A DNA stretch of 64,000 bases from positions 336,350,001 through 336,414,000 of the forward strand of contig OZ024742.1 of the NCBI GenBank assembly GCA_964016885.1. Direction: 5' to 3'. Both the position numbers and the translations under genes were made by a program. Source of the DNA: Eledone cirrhosa (lineage: Eukaryota). The first letter of the stretch is position 1; the number at the start of each line of letters is the position of its first letter. The notes below the pieces were generated by a model. It did no database searches. It was not told where the DNA came from and saw only the letters and a list, made by a program, of their open reading frames with translations. Positions 40,598-55,413 of this stretch are shown one piece after another.

Positions 40598-41290
40598 AAT
40601 AATTGTTTCTACTTTTGGCACAAGGCCAGCAATTATACCAGTGCATTACTGCTACTTTATTTTAACGACCCCCGTAAGGATGAAAGGCAAAGTTAACCTT
40701 GGCGGGATTTGAACTCAGTAATAATAATTCTATTTAACGTTCGCACAAGGCTGGCTATTTGGAGGAAGGGGAAATTCGATTATATCGACTCCCCACTACT
40801 TAACAGGTACTTTGTTTTATCGACCACGTAAGGAAGAAACATAGCGCTAACCTCAGCGGGATTCGAACTCAGAACGTAAAGGAGCGTAACTCTATGCTTT
40901 CTATTTAACGTTGGCAATTTGGAGGAAGGGGAAATTCGATTATATCGACTCCCCACTACTTAACAGGTGCTTTATTTTATTGAACCCGGAAAGTGGAAAG
41001 GCAGAGCTAACCTCAGCGGGGTTGGAGCTCAGAACGTAAAGGAGCGTAACTCTATGCCTTCTATTTAACGTTGGTATAAGGCTGGCAATTTGGAGAAAGG
41101 GGAGATTCGATTATATCGACTCCCCACTACTTAAGAGGTTCTTTATTTTATTGAACCCGGAAGATGAAAGACAAGGTTGACCTCAGCGGGATTTGAATTC
41201 AGAATGCCAAAAAAAAAAAAAAAGGAAACCGAAGCAAATGCCGCAAAATATTTCGCCAGACATGCCACCGCTTCTGCCAATCCACCCACC
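40598..41290 (-). repeat. Family-B SINE-derived tandem array (three ~170-bp units after a SINE fragment)
   Basis: TTCTATTTAACGTT...GATTATATCGACTCCCCACTACTTAA... repeated at about 40728, 40899 and 41059. Confidence 0.75.
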
Positions 41291-41539
41291 ACCATGATGA
41301 CGCGTACTTAATATGAAATTGAAGTATACAGACTGATTATCTGCAGATAGCATATAATGATCCAAATATCATTTTCCATTTCATTAATGTGTCAATAATT
41401 AACACAGCAATGCAGTGTACTTACATTGTCTGGCAGAAATAGCATGCTGCAATACTAAAGAGTTACATTGACTTAGCTGTTGTTGCATTAAAGACGTTAT
41501 GCCATCTAAAGGAATGTTTAAATGTTTCCAGAGTATTCA

Positions 41540-41603
<64 letters not shown>

Positions 41604-42012
41604 CGTATATATAATATTATTATATTATATTATGTATTTATCTTCATACACGGTACAAAAGCCATATTTTACTGCATATACATACACACACACCTATATA
41701 TATGTGTGTGTTTATGTGTGTATACAAATACATACCTATACACACATAAACATATATATATATATAGAGATAGAGAGCCATACAAATACATACAGCCCGT
41801 ACATATATGCGGGTATATGGGTGTTCTCTTGTATAAGAAATTCTGCACCAATATGTTAATGAAAAACCTATTCCATATTTTCATCCATCAACGTACACAC
41901 CAAAACGCACACACACATAAAAAAAAAATATATATATATATTTATATATACATGTATATATTATATTCACATGGAATCTTTCCAAATGAGAATATCACTA
42001 TCAAGTTCTCTC

Positions 42013-42045
<33 letters not shown>

Positions 42046-42219
42046 GTTCGATATTGACTAAGACATAAGCATGATGTTTCTCTGTGCTTCTGTGTGCGAG
42101 GTTTGTGTAGGGAGGAGATAAAACTACTGTGTCCACTCACTAATTGTTACATAACTTTCGCACTGCGAAATATAATAAATAAGCCTTCTTTTTTGGCAGT
42201 AACATAATAGATGTTATAC

Positions 42220-42286
<67 letters not shown>

Positions 42287-42311
42287 CCCCTCTTTCTCTC
42301 ATATATATATA

Positions 42312-42430
<119 letters not shown>

Positions 42431-43239
42431 TGTGTATGTGTGTGTGTATATATATATATAGTCAAAAAAGTCTGGACGTTCTATACAGATCACGTTAAAT
42501 AACGAAAATGGTAATTAAAATTAAAAAAGGGTTCGAAAAGCACACCAGCTATATATATAAAGAGGATCTTTATGACATGTACAATATATATATATATATT
42601 AATCTGTGAACGCAGAAGTAAATATTTCAAAAAAGGTTGCAACCGAAGAAAGACAGGAAGACGATACTTTGGTTCGTGGAAACGTTCCCTGGCAAAGAAC
42701 GGGAAAAAAAACGAAGATAATACGTCATTAGTTAGTGCGGGAAAACAAATAATTGTTTCATCGCTCCACATAATTACGTATTATCTTCGTTTTTTCCGTT
42801 CAATGCCAGAGAATGTCTCGATGAACCACCTAATAGAATATTAGTCTACGACTTCATTTATAACATAACGTGGTTATGTCTTTGCGTGTAATTGTTTTCA
42901 CCGCACCAAATAATGACGTATTATCTTCGTTTTTTTCCATTCTTTGCCAGGGAACGTTTCCACGAACCAAAGTATCGTCTTCCTGTCGTCCTTCGGTTGC
43001 AACGTTTTTTGAAATATTTACTTTGCGTTCACAGATTGACTTTTTAGCTTCAGAAGATCCCGTTAAGGATGAAAGCAGCGATTTTTTGCTTAAACTTTAA
43101 TCTGTTATTTTAATAAATAATTGCTCTACGGTTCTTATATATCTGATATATATTTATCCTTATCGCGCCCTCTTTGGATTTTAGTCTTCAAATTTATTAT
43201 TATTACTATATATATATATATTGTACATGTTGTACATGT

Positions 43240-43276
<37 letters not shown>

Positions 43277-43281
43277 CATGT

Positions 43282-43330
<49 letters not shown>

Positions 43331-43335
43331 CATGT

Positions 43336-43396
<61 letters not shown>

Positions 43397-43477
43397 ATAA
43401 TAATAAATTTGGAGACTAATATATATATGTATATATACGATATTAACAAATGGAAACTATATTTATAAAACTATATT

Positions 43478-43542
43478 TATTTCATTATACATATTTCAAG
43501 GACACCAAGTTAAATTATGGTGTGCTTTCATCAGATAAAATA
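43478..43542 (-). ncRNA. Type I hammerhead, UAUUUUAU-stem family
   Basis: UAUUUUAU-CUGAUGA-AAGcACACCA..UGGUGUcCUU-GAAA-UAUGUA-UA-AUGAAAUA. Confidence 0.8.
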
Positions 43543-43628
43543 TAATATAGAGCAGTTTTATAAATAAATATTGACAACCCTTAAAGAATGCAACCATTAC
43601 TGTTGGAAGCTCCCGGAACTATGTAAAA

Positions 43629-43693
43629 TATTTTATCTGATGAATGCACACCATAATTTAACTTGGTGTCCTTGAAATATGTATAATGAAATA
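43629..43693 (+). ncRNA. Type I hammerhead, inverted partner of 43478-43542
   Basis: Same fold with one stem II mismatch. Confidence 0.75.
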
Positions 43694-43877
43694 AATATGG
43701 TTTTATAATATAGTTTCCATTTGTTAATATCGTATTTTTACTCCAATTATTTGTTGAGTGCTTTATATCAGTTATAAAAATATTTGCTTGTTGCATCCCA
43801 GCAATTTAAATAGAACTTATACATATATATATATATATATATATATAAGATCAAAAGATGGTTAAAAGTGTTCCATG

Positions 43878-43948
43878 TATTTTATTATGCGCATTTCAAA
43901 AACAAATATCATCATGCGATGACATTTGCGTTTTCGTCAGATAAAATA
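43878..43948 (-). ncRNA. Type I hammerhead ribozyme (canonical core)
   Basis: UAUUUUAU-CUGACGA-AAAc GCAAAUGUCAUC gcau GAUGAUAUUUGU u UUU-GAAA-UGCGCA-UA-AUAAAAUA. 8-bp stem I and palindromic stem III. Confidence 0.85.
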
Positions 43949-44007
43949 GGGAGACATGATATGAAGGTTAAAAAACACTTGTGAATAGTGCAGTTTTAAA
44001 TCAACAT

Positions 44008-44134
<127 letters not shown>

Positions 44135-44180
44135 AAGTAAATTAAATAAGTCAAATGTTTAAAATTTAGCTTCGTTTATT

Positions 44181-44235
44181 ACTGCTATATATATTTCGGC
44201 GACAGCCATCTTTGGCTGTGACCTCTTCAGGCAGT
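44181..44235 (-). ncRNA. Type I hammerhead ribozyme (canonical core)
   Basis: ACUGC-CUGAAGA-GGUcACAGCC aaagau GGCUGUcGCC-GAAA-UAUAUA-UA-GCAGU, followed by AAUAAA. Confidence 0.85.
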
Positions 44236-44367
44236 CCGAATTAGTGTGGTATAGACAAGTAGATATGTTTTTGAGGTGTATAATTTTGTCAATACTCTGA
44301 TATGCCCAGTTCCTGGTTGGGTTGTTATTTCACTGAGGAACTGGAATCATATGATTCCAGTTCCATG

Positions 44368-44438
44368 TATTTTATTATGCGCATTTCAAAAACAAATATC
44401 ATCATGCGATGACATTTGCGTTTTCGTCAGATAAAATA
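44368..44438 (-). ncRNA. Identical copy of the 43878-43948 hammerhead
   Basis: 43870-43964 is repeated at 44360-44454. Confidence 0.85.
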
Positions 44439-44565
44439 GGGAGACATGATATGATTCCATTTCCTCAGTGAAATAACAACCCAACCAGGTACTGGGCATA
44501 TCAGAGTATTGACAAAATTATACACCTCAACAACATATGTACTTGTCTATACCACACTAATTCGG

Positions 44566-44620
44566 ACTGCCTGAAGAGGTCACAGCCAAAGATGGCTGTC
44601 ACCAAAATATATATAGCAGT
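44566..44620 (+). ncRNA. Hammerhead, inverted partner of 44181-44235 (GAAA changed to AAAA, likely inactive)
   Basis: Same sequence with a G12A change. Confidence 0.7.
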
Positions 44621-44764
44621 AATAAACGAAGCTAAATTTTAAACATTTTACTTATTTATTTTACTTTATTTTACATTACTCCGGAGTAACCAAACTAACC
44701 TGCGCACTTCGTCGAGTGCTCCAGCCTGCATACTGAGGTATTGGTATACAACCAACATATACTC

Positions 44765-44881
<117 letters not shown>

Positions 44882-45131
44882 ATGATATTAATGATATTAA
44901 TATTGGCAAAGGGCGGTGGATTGGCAGTATCGGTAGGGGGTCGAACGCCATGCTTTACAGCAAAGAGTTACGGCACTTTATGGTCCCGCCGCGGTTAACT
45001 TTGCCTTTCATCCTTACGGGGTCGATAAAATAATGTACCTGTAATACATTGGGATAATTGCTGGCCTTGTGCCAAAAGTAGAAATAATTAATAATATTAA
45101 TAAATTGAAACTGTATTTATAAAACTATATT

Positions 45132-45193
45132 TATTTTATATATATTTCAAGGGTACTAAAAAAAACTTTGGTACGCCCTCATCAGATAAAATA
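45132..45193 (-). ncRNA. Hammerhead, same family (small deletion after stem III)
   Basis: CUGAUGA-GGGcGUAC...GUACcCUU-GAAA-UAUAUA. Confidence 0.65.
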
Positions 45194-45846
45194 CAAAATT
45201 TGTTTTATAAATAGCGACATACCCGATAAACCAAACCTTATCGGTTCAGGTTCTATTAAACTAATGTGTACTTACAACCTTAATTCCTTAAAATATCATT
45301 ATATAGATTATCTATATAATATTATAACTCATGATTTAGTTATATATTTTAAAATTTTTGGATTAGTATTCTACCACTTCAACACATTTTTAATTTTTTA
45401 ATTTTTAAATCTACTTGCACCCTAATAATAATTGTTTCTACTTTAGGCACAAAGCTAGCAATTCACCAGTACATTACTGGTACTTTTATTTTATCGACCC
45501 CGTAAGGATGAAAGGCAAAGTTAACCTCGGCGGGATTTGAACTCAGACTGTAAAGAGACGTAACTATGCTAGAAAGCATGGCGTCCAACTCTCTACGAAT
45601 ATTGCAAATTCACTAGCCTATCTTTCTTGCTTCTTCTTCATCTTCTTCTTTTATAAAGTATCCTAATAATTATTTAAATTTACTTAGCGTATAAATATAA
45701 CAATTTTTTCAGTCTACGCTTCTACTTCATTTGCATATCCATCCTAAATGCTTTGAAATATTTCTCTTTTTTTCACTATCCAAATAGAACCTGAACCGAT
45801 AAGGTTTGGTTTATCGGGTATGTCAACATTTATAAAACAAATTTTG

Positions 45847-45922
45847 TATTTTATCTGATGAGAGCGTACCAAAGTTTTTTTAGTTTTTTTATTTGTACCC
45901 TTGAAATATATATAATAAAATA
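45847..45922 (+). ncRNA. Type I hammerhead, same family
   Basis: UAUUUUAU-CUGAUGA-GAGcGUAC...GUACcCUU-GAAA-UAUAUA-UA-AUAAAAUA. Confidence 0.8.
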
Positions 45923-46063
45923 AATATGGTTTTATAAATATAGTTTCCATTTATTAATATTATTAATATCATTAATATTATACTCCAGGAAACCTGTAGA
46001 TTACTTCGAATCTGTTATAATAAATAAGTTTGTTGAATTACCAGCAAATTAAATATCTCTTTG

Positions 46064-46117
<54 letters not shown>

Positions 46118-46247
46118 GAGGTTATATTTAATTTGTTGGGATCCAACAAGCTTAAACATTTTTAGAACTGATATAAAGCACTCAACAATTAGTGGAGTAA
46201 ATATACAATATATTAATAAATGGAAACTATATTTATAAAACCATAAT

Positions 46248-46311
46248 TATTTTATTATATATTTCAAGAGCAACCAAGGTAGCTTATGGTGCGCTTTCAT
46301 CAGATAAAATA
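46248..46311 (-). ncRNA. Type I hammerhead, same family
   Basis: UAUUUUAU-CUGAUGA-AAG..ACCA..UGGU..CUU-GAAA-UAUA-UA-AUAAAAUA. Confidence 0.8.
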
Positions 46312-46421
46312 GTTTTTTTTTATAAATAAATATTGACATACCCGCACTATCCAGCGAATTTCAACCGTTGATGTTGTCTTTTTTTCCGGGTATGTCAATA
46401 TTTATTTATAAAACAAATCTG

Positions 46422-46486
46422 TATTTTATCTGATGAAAGCGCACCATAATCTACCTTGTTGTCCTTGAAATATATATAATAAAATA
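46422..46486 (+). ncRNA. Type I hammerhead, inverted partner of 46248-46311
   Basis: UAUUUUAU-CUGAUGA-AAG...CUU-GAAA-UAUAUA-UA-AUAAAAUA. Confidence 0.8.
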
Positions 46487-46683
46487 ATTATGGTTTTATA
46501 AATATAGTTTCCATTTATTAATAAATTCTCTAAAAAGGCTACAGAATAGATTTCCAAATAAGGGCGCGAAAATTTAATGAAAACTTGTTCACGTGACAGC
46601 TATAATTTCATTTATAACCAATCAAATTACGTTTATTAAAAAAAAAGCCTTCGTGAGCCCCTTTTTTTAAGTAAAAAGAAATT

Positions 46684-46718
<35 letters not shown>

Positions 46719-47094
46719 GCACGCAAATAAACATACATATCTTTACTTTCTTCATTCAATAGAAAATCTGAATTCTGACACCCCAGCGAACTAACCATAT
46801 TCACTGAACCAGAACAATTCTCCCATCCTTTGCTTGTCATAAAATTCTCTAATATGAAATTGATATAATTAATTGTTTCTACTTTTTGGCACAAGGCCAG
46901 CAATTATCCCAGTGTATTACTGGTACTTAATTACGTTAATTAAAAAAACGCCTTCGTGAGCCCCTTTTTTTTAAGTAAAAAGAAATTCAAACACTCATAT
47001 ATGAAAAAACAACCTGTGACACCCCCCCTCCCCCCTCTTATTTGAAGAACTATTTTAACGCGAACTGGCGCGAAATTTATTATAATTATTGACC

Positions 47095-47170
47095 AACCAA
47101 TCAAATTACTTCTCGAAAAACCTGGCATTTCGAGCCACTTTTTTCCATATAAAAGAAGTAACATTCAGAG
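47095..47170 (+). promoter_or_regulatory. CCAAT + TATA-like elements upstream of the U3-A8 hammerhead (pLTR-like promoter)
   Basis: CCAAT at 47097-47101 and TATAAAA at 47148-47154, about 65 bp before the ribozyme. Confidence 0.35.
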
Positions 47171-47382
47171 ACCAACCAGATGTGAGAAAAATCACAGACC
47201 CTCCATCTCAACTCTACCTTTGAAAAGCAGAAGAAATGCGAAACCGGTAAAGGAACCAAATAAATATATATATTTTTTTTTAAATAAGATTCCAGTTGCA
47301 TTTTCGATTTCATCTTTTTTTCTTTATACTTTCACTCGTGTAGGACACCTCGATTATTTTTCATTTTGTAAAAAAACCTCAC

Positions 47383-47440
<58 letters not shown>

Positions 47441-49764
47441 TTTTCCCTCTCTCTGCCAATACCCCTTTCATTTTCTCCTCCCCCTCTATGTGGGTGTGCG
47501 TATGAAGATCTTTGTGATCGGGTGTCTATGTTTTGGGGTGTGCTTGCGTCTATGTATGTTGACGTGTATGTGTTTGTGTTTGTCTGCGTATGCCTCTCTG
47601 CGTGTTTCTATATGTCTGCATATGTTTGTATGTGTGTACATACCTGCGTGTCCCTCGCGTATGCGAGTATGCCTGTATGTGTATTCGTGTAACTGCATGT
47701 GTGTACGTATGCCTCTACATGTGTGTGTATGTGTGCGTTCCTGTAATTCTGGAGTTTCTGTTGCCTAACCCAAGGCCGACTTTGATTTAAGCTGTCATCA
47801 AAATCATATCAATCGTAACTATTCGAATAGAATAGAATGACCCTCCGTCTATTTCGACGATGAATATTCCATTTGTTCGAACAACGGAACAACCTACTCC
47901 AGGCTGATCATGAAATTGATATGTATGTGACTGAGCATTCCAAAAGCATGTGTACCCTTAGGATAGTTCTCAGGGAGATTCATGTGACAAGGCTGGCCGT
48001 TTGAATTACTTATACAGTCCATCCACTGGATGATTTTCATAACAGTTTCCGTCTACTGAAGGGTTGGATGAACCCGGGTCAGTGGTAAGTGATTCTTGCA
48101 AATGATGCCATGCAGTAAGATCAAGCTGGAGACCTTATGATTGCGAAGCAAACTTCTTTATCATTCGGCTGTGCTGTATCCACGCTGTAGCTATCCACTT
48201 TGTATAAGGTATATTGGACTTCGTTATCTCATATGATATTACCGTTTCTAAGACGCTATGTGGGGCTAATTTCAGGGAGATCTAGCTGCTGTTTCTCGCA
48301 GACTGAAAGACCGTGTACAGGTTTCTTAGTAAACTAGTTCGTGATTCTTTTTGTGTAACTGCGTGTGACCCTATACCACCCTGTGGGAGCCGTTATGTAT
48401 GTATGCACCTCTGTGCTTCTGCGTATTTCTGATGTGAACATATTACCTCTAATGTTATGTGTGTGTGTACAAACATTCCTGCATCATTCTCAGATTTTAT
48501 GAGGAAATGTAGCGATGCCAGTCAGGGAAATTGGCTTGAGATTAAAAAGATCGATTTGATTATTCACACTGTTTTAACAAGATATATTTTCGTTGATGTT
48601 GATTTTAAGGATGCTAATATGAAATTGATATAATTAATTGTTTCTACTTTTTGGCACAAGGCCAGCAATTATCCCAGTGTATTACTGGTATTTTATTTTA
48701 TCGACCCCGTAAGGCAAAGTTAACCTCGGCGGGATTTGAACTCAGACCATAAATGGCCGTAACTCTTTGCTGCTGCAAAGCGTAGCGTCCGACCCTCTAC
48801 CGATACTGCCAATCCACTGCCCTTGAAATTTATATAATTAATGATATGCAAAGTATTGTCCACTCTCCGATAGGTTTATCATTGAACTCACAATGTTGGA
48901 CATATCTGACGTCCTCTTTACATCAGGGTGGAGATTGGAGATTACCACGTGAGTGGTAGAAACACTTGGTCGCACCTAGTTCACTGAACTACCTCTCTAC
49001 ATCAGAGTGATGGCCATTAGAGTGGTGGAGCCCTGAACTACCTCCCTACTTACTGTGATCAGGGTGAAGATGACCATTAGAGTGATGGACAGATCTGACG
49101 TCCTGGGTCTCTGAACCACCTCCCTACTACTACTCTTTAGTTAACACGTGTTTATAACATTAATTTTGAAAATAATTGAGAATTTGGAAGATTTAGTAAT
49201 ATATCAAGATTTCTCATTATTAGACAGGTGTGCATCGCGGCAGAGTTACGGCCCTTTACGTTCTGAATTCAAATCCTGCCGAGGTTAGCTTTGCCTTTCA
49301 TCCTTACGGGGTCGATAAAATAAGGTTCCAGTAATGTACTGGCGTCGATTTAATCGAGTTCCCCTCACCTTCAAATTGCTGGCCTTGTTCCTAAAGAAGA
49401 AACAATTATCAGACTGGTCTTTCGAACATCACTAAACAAATGTTCTTACATAAAATTATGATGGGAGGTTTTTAGAGATTAATGAATTCAAAGAAGGTAG
49501 CAAATTGGTGGAGTCATTCCGACTCTTTGCACGCTGAGTTCAAATGCCGCCAAGGTCAACTTTGCCTTTTATCCATTTGAGTCGATAAAGGAACTTTCTG
49601 TCTCGTACTGGAGTAAATTCTTGTACGATGTATTATGCTCAGTTACTTTCTCGCTTTCACACGTTCTCCTTCTCTGGAAAATATCAGCACTCCTACATTT
49701 CCATCCGGAGGTACGGGTTCATACATAGATACATACATACATATATTAAATATTCATACGTAAA

Positions 49765-49814
<50 letters not shown>

Positions 49815-50304
49815 ATGTATGTATGTGTGTCTGTCTGTGCATGTTTTACGTACGAATATTTAATGTATGTATGTATGTATATATGGACCCGTACCTCAGG
49901 ATGGAAATATGTATTTGTGTATATACACACAAATACACACACTTGAAAATGGTTTCCTATCGTACAACCTGGAGCGGTTTCGAGCGATTTGGTACCAAAA
50001 GAGTTAAATGTAAAACACAGGAAAAAAATCTAAAGAATGTTATTTTTCGTTGCACCTTTAAGATATCTTGTATTTCTTCAGAAACTACTGGAAATAGTAA
50101 AAAAAATATATATCAATGAAATGCAGGAAAAGTACAATTGCATAGGAAAAAATGGTTTATCTCATTATTTATTCATTCATCTATCTATCTACTTTTCTTA
50201 ACTTTATTTTCGATCGTAAGTGGTAAACACTAACATTGTTGGTTATATGTTTCCAAAAGACAAATTGTTGCTTTCTTTGCCTTTTTGGCGGCGATATATA
50301 TATA

Positions 50305-50372
<68 letters not shown>

Positions 50373-53300
50373 TTATATATGCATGTATTCATTATTATTA
50401 AGGCTAAATAGTGAGTCTTGTTACTCTGGAGTTTCACCTGTTTATCATAAGTCTGGTACTATTTGTAGATCCGTTAAGTAACGAGACATAAACAAGCAGT
50501 AAACATACACATACGCGCGCGCGCGATACCTTTACAACACATGATGAACTGCTTTCCTTTGAATTGTTTAAAGTGAAGACACGACTTTGTTGAAGTTTCC
50601 TTTAAATCAACTTGCTCACTTGTCTTTCAGCTTCAGTGATTCCTTTACCTTAACAACCAAATAGTAATTGGTACTCTCGTCAATGCTGCATCCTCTCTTC
50701 CTTTCCTATTAGTACTTGACTGGTATTTTATTTTATCCCGCCTGGAAGGATGAATGGTAAAGTTGACATCCGTGGGATTTTAACTAGAAATGTTAGAACA
50801 AATACTACAATTGCATTTTATCGTACGTTCTGCCAATTCTGCCAACCCACCACCCTCCCTTGGGGCGTCTAAATTTTGATACATTTTTCAGCTCCTCTGT
50901 TTTTCTTGGATTATATTCACAATTGAACCGTTGAAACCAATAATCGATATCTGTCTGCTTTTGTGGTTATTTTCTAAAATTAAACCGTATCATCTTTCGG
51001 TAGCTTAATGACAACTGTAATCATCCGATCTATAATTGTTAGCAGTAATACACTTCAGGAACATTGTAGTTCTGGTCATTGACTGCAAGAAAATTCTCTG
51101 AACAGCATTGAATGAGTGTCACTGATATCTGTGGTTGTCAGATCTGTGAATATTAACGGTAATGCATTCCAGGAACTCTGATAGGTTCTACTTCTCACCG
51201 CCGTGTGAATATTGTAGGTGGTCAATGGATGATATTTTTCGCCGAAATTATTCATCTGCCATGCTACTTGTTCGTGTTCACAGATTGGGTGGCTTCCGGA
51301 AGTTATGCCTTGCCACTATCAGTCGGTGTTTAGTCCGATAAGGCGTATTTCGTTGTTCGCCCCTAACCCCTATATCTATAGTATGAATCGTTCCTCTATT
51401 TACTACCTGAGGAATCACTGGATACGTCTTCTGATGCGGGCTAGATTTTATATTCACTTTTAATTTCGACCAGATTACGGTGGAGTTGTATCTCTTGACT
51501 TTGTTAGATTTTCTTCTATTATATTCAAAGCGTGTTTTATGAATTCCACCCCATTTATACAACGCTGATATTTGAGGAACTAATACTATATTACTTTACC
51601 TATACTACAACCATTAATATATTTCTGTGTCTTTAAACAAGTTCAACCTACGGTTATTTTACATTCACATATCAGATATTCAGCTTATGTGTCTGTGTGT
51701 GTGTCAATAGGAACTTGGATATCCTGGACATTGGGCTCTGAGAGGGTCTTCTGATCGCCATCGGATAAGTGTCACCGTTGGTCAAAGGATGACTCGTTTG
51801 CCGAGATGACACACCTGTCATGCTGCCTTCTCATTGCTTTACCTGTTTCAGTTTTCCTTGCGTAGACTTGACTTTCTGTTTGTTAACAGATATTTAGCTT
51901 GCAGAATTTAGTTCTATTTATATTCTGGGTTCAAATCCCACCATATTGGTCTTTCTCTTCCATGAAATAACCTGATCTGGTAAATACACTCCTTCTCAAG
52001 CAGCTTCTCCCTGACTTAGAATTGCTCTCCTTCCAACGAAAACTAACGAAGCTGAAGACAGTGACAAAAGGTATCAGTTTTTTCAAAGTTTGCTACCACT
52101 ACGTACTAATCTCATGGAATATAGGGATTAGATTTTTTTTCTTCGCTGAGGTTTACTCATCTACATCAGCGTAACCCTACTGGAATTGGAATCCAGGGTT
52201 ATATATTTATATTTTGCCAAAGGGCAACCCATGTTTGATCCGATACTGTTTATTCCTAACATGTTAATGGTTAACCCTCATATTAGAAGACCGTTCCTCT
52301 ATCCGCCACCAGGGGATTCGGTACAACTACAGATGTATTTGAACCACAGATGGGACACTACCAGGTGTTAACATTCTAGGTGAGAAGGGACCTAGGTGAA
52401 AGAGTGATAACACACTCCCCAGAACACAAGAACAAGACCCTCAATACCGGAGGAAGTTTAGTGTCATACCCGCGATTCAGTCTAAATAAGTATGTTCATG
52501 AAGTACCTGTCATGTATTGTAGTCGTTTCAGTTTGTGACATTGTGTTTAGGTCAGGTATCTTTATTGGGTTTCGATGAGGATGCGATCAACAGCCCGTTA
52601 TCTCAAGGTATATTCAAGAAGAGAATTATGGACAACTTCCAAAGTTCGTTGGGTGAGTCTTTGTATCACCTAACTGGCATGGAAGTGTCACCAAATCGTA
52701 TGTTTCTGAGATTAAAAAAAAATTATTATTAATATTGTACGGGTGCAAATCTCGTCGAGGTCATTGTTGCTTTTCATCCTTCTGGGGTCGATAAGAAATA
52801 ATACCAGTTAAATGTTGAAGTCAATATAATCGACGTTGCCCTCCTCACAGAATCCATGGCCTTGTGGCTATGTTAGAAATAATTATTCCTTTTCTACCGT
52901 ATTTAGTTACGGCATTCTAAGTTCTGAGTTGAAGTCCTGCCATGGTTAACTTTGCCTCTCACCCTTCTAGAGTCGATAACAAAGTATCAGTGAAGTGCTA
53001 GCACGATATAATCGACTTTCCCCTTCGCTCAAATTGCTGGCCTGGTTCCAATGTTAGAAAGAGTTACTACACTGCTATATAAACACATTTGATAAAAGAC
53101 AAAATGAAGATTATATTTACGATTCGTTGCAGAAAGAGAAATCTGCAGACAGTTTATCAGTGGTATAACAAATCGTGTGTCCTGTCAACAACTAAACTGT
53201 GATGAATCAAAATGTCTGATCAAAAGCTACACGTGAATAAATGCCTGCTTGACAGGAAACTAGCATTTCATTATATTATTATATGGACTTACAGTAACAA

Positions 53301-53788
53301 AAACATGCACATCTAAACAAAACACACACGTGTAGACATAAATGCATATATATATACATACGTACACATAATCTCTACCACTGTGTTGAGTACTCATTCT
53401 CGCGACTATCAATATTACATAGATATAGATATATATTATTGTATCAATTTGCTGTGTTCTTTTCTGTTTACTTTATATATATATATATAACGGAGGAGAT
53501 GTGGTAAGGAACCAGATGGACCATAACGCACCAGAGTACTCAATACTTAGGGTAGTAGAGTGGGTAATAGGAGAAAGTATGACCCCGACGGCAGAGCTCA
53601 AGCCGTTTCGACGGCTATTTCTGTTTAGTCCAGAAATAGCCGTCGAAACAGCTTGAGCTCTGCCGTCGGGGTCATACTTTCTCCTATATACATATAAATA
53701 TATATATATATATACATATATACATACTATATACATATATATATATATGTAGTTACGAGGTGTCAAAGAATCATTAAGATTATTCAGG

Positions 53789-53873
53789 TGTGACGCGCGT
53801 TTCGCGATTGATCAGCTCAAGCTTCGATCTGTATCGATCGGGATCGACTTTGGATTCAAAAGCTCATCAGACT
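53789..53873 (-). ncRNA. Hammerhead (canonical core), same family as 3253-3337
   Basis: GU-CUGAUGA-GC...GC-GAAA-CGCGCG-UC-AC. Confidence 0.68.
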
Positions 53874-55301
53874 TCTGTTTACTTAATGACGGAATGTTTG
53901 AGGTACAGCTTTAAAAACATATATCTGTTCTCATTCATTTGGAGGGGTCAGTTGTTCTTTGTTTTGATTGGTTGTTTGGGGAGGAAAAAATATGTGAAGA
54001 GGTGGGAGAGGGGAAGAGAAGATGTAGAAAGAAGAAAGGGATTGAGAAAAATGAATGAATGGTGGTGGCGTATATTCAGTTGTAAAGATAGGGATGGAGT
54101 GAAGTTTGACCATTTTAATAGTGGACAGATTGACCCGTATGTGGTGATATGAAGTGGTGGGGATAGAATTTAAGGAATGATGAGAGGCGATAGCGAAGCA
54201 GAGAGGGACAAGGAGTGGATGGGTAGTAAAAAGAATGTCCTTTATTTAGGGGTCACTGAGGCGATATACAATAAATATAAAAGTAAGAATAAGTGCAAAT
54301 AAAAATAAAAATGATAAAAATAAAGGAATGAGAGATATAATTTTCATTGAGCGTCGGACAACATACTTTACAGCATAGAGTTACGGCCCTTTATGGTCTG
54401 AGTTCAAATCCCGTTGAGGTTTACTTTGCCTTTCATCCTTACGGTGTCGATAAATAAAGTACCAGTAATGCACTGGAGTCATTTTAATCGACTTTCCCCT
54501 CCCTCAAATTGCTGGCCTTGTGCCTATTGTAGAAATCCTCATTATTATTTCAAAATAACTTAAGAGATAAAGGAGAGTAGTTAAATACTGAAAATACAAC
54601 GGGGCAAATAAATAAACTAATAAATATATACATGAATCCGGGGAGTGATTAAATGGAATTACGGTATAACATGGAATAATTGAAATGCATAAAACGTGAT
54701 GTGATAAATAAAGCGTGGTATAAAAACGTGATGTAAAACATGTAATTGTTTCTACTTTTAGCACGGGGCCAGCAATTACCCCAGTGTATTGCTGGTGTTT
54801 TATTTTATCGACACCGTAAAGATGAAAGACAAAGTCAACCTCGGTGGGGTGGCGAAGTTATAACGGTAATAATTGGGAGAAAACATATACAATAACAAAA
54901 AATATATTAGAAAAAATAAACATATACTGTAAAAAATTATATATACATATTAGGAAAATATAAAGTAATAATAATAATGACAATAGTACTAAGAATGGAG
55001 TTAATGGCGGTAGGCTAGGTACATAGCTACAGATCACATGCTCACACACATTCACACTGTGTGATCCAGAATAGGTTAGACATATACGTATAAAACTGCG
55101 CTTATACCCATATAGGCGTGAGCATCCACGTAATGCTACATGTATAGATAGACATGTAAAGAGAGAGGGTTACGCAGTAATTTACAGAGTGTCATCTCCA
55201 TTTGTTCGTCTCACTTGGAATTCAAAAAAACATTCTCACTGAATTAAACAACAAATTAATTGATTCACTTTATATGATCTTAGTCACGCCGGACATTTTT
55301 T

Positions 55302-55304
<3 letters not shown>

Positions 55305-55355
<51 letters not shown>

Positions 55356-55382
55356 ACACACACACATCACACACACACACAC

Positions 55383-55413
<31 letters not shown>

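Noticed and set aside
51000-51850. Two weakly similar segments (51195-51270 and 51755-51830) as possible paralogous exons
   Set aside because: No consistent splice signals or recognisable protein. They are more likely decayed repeats.
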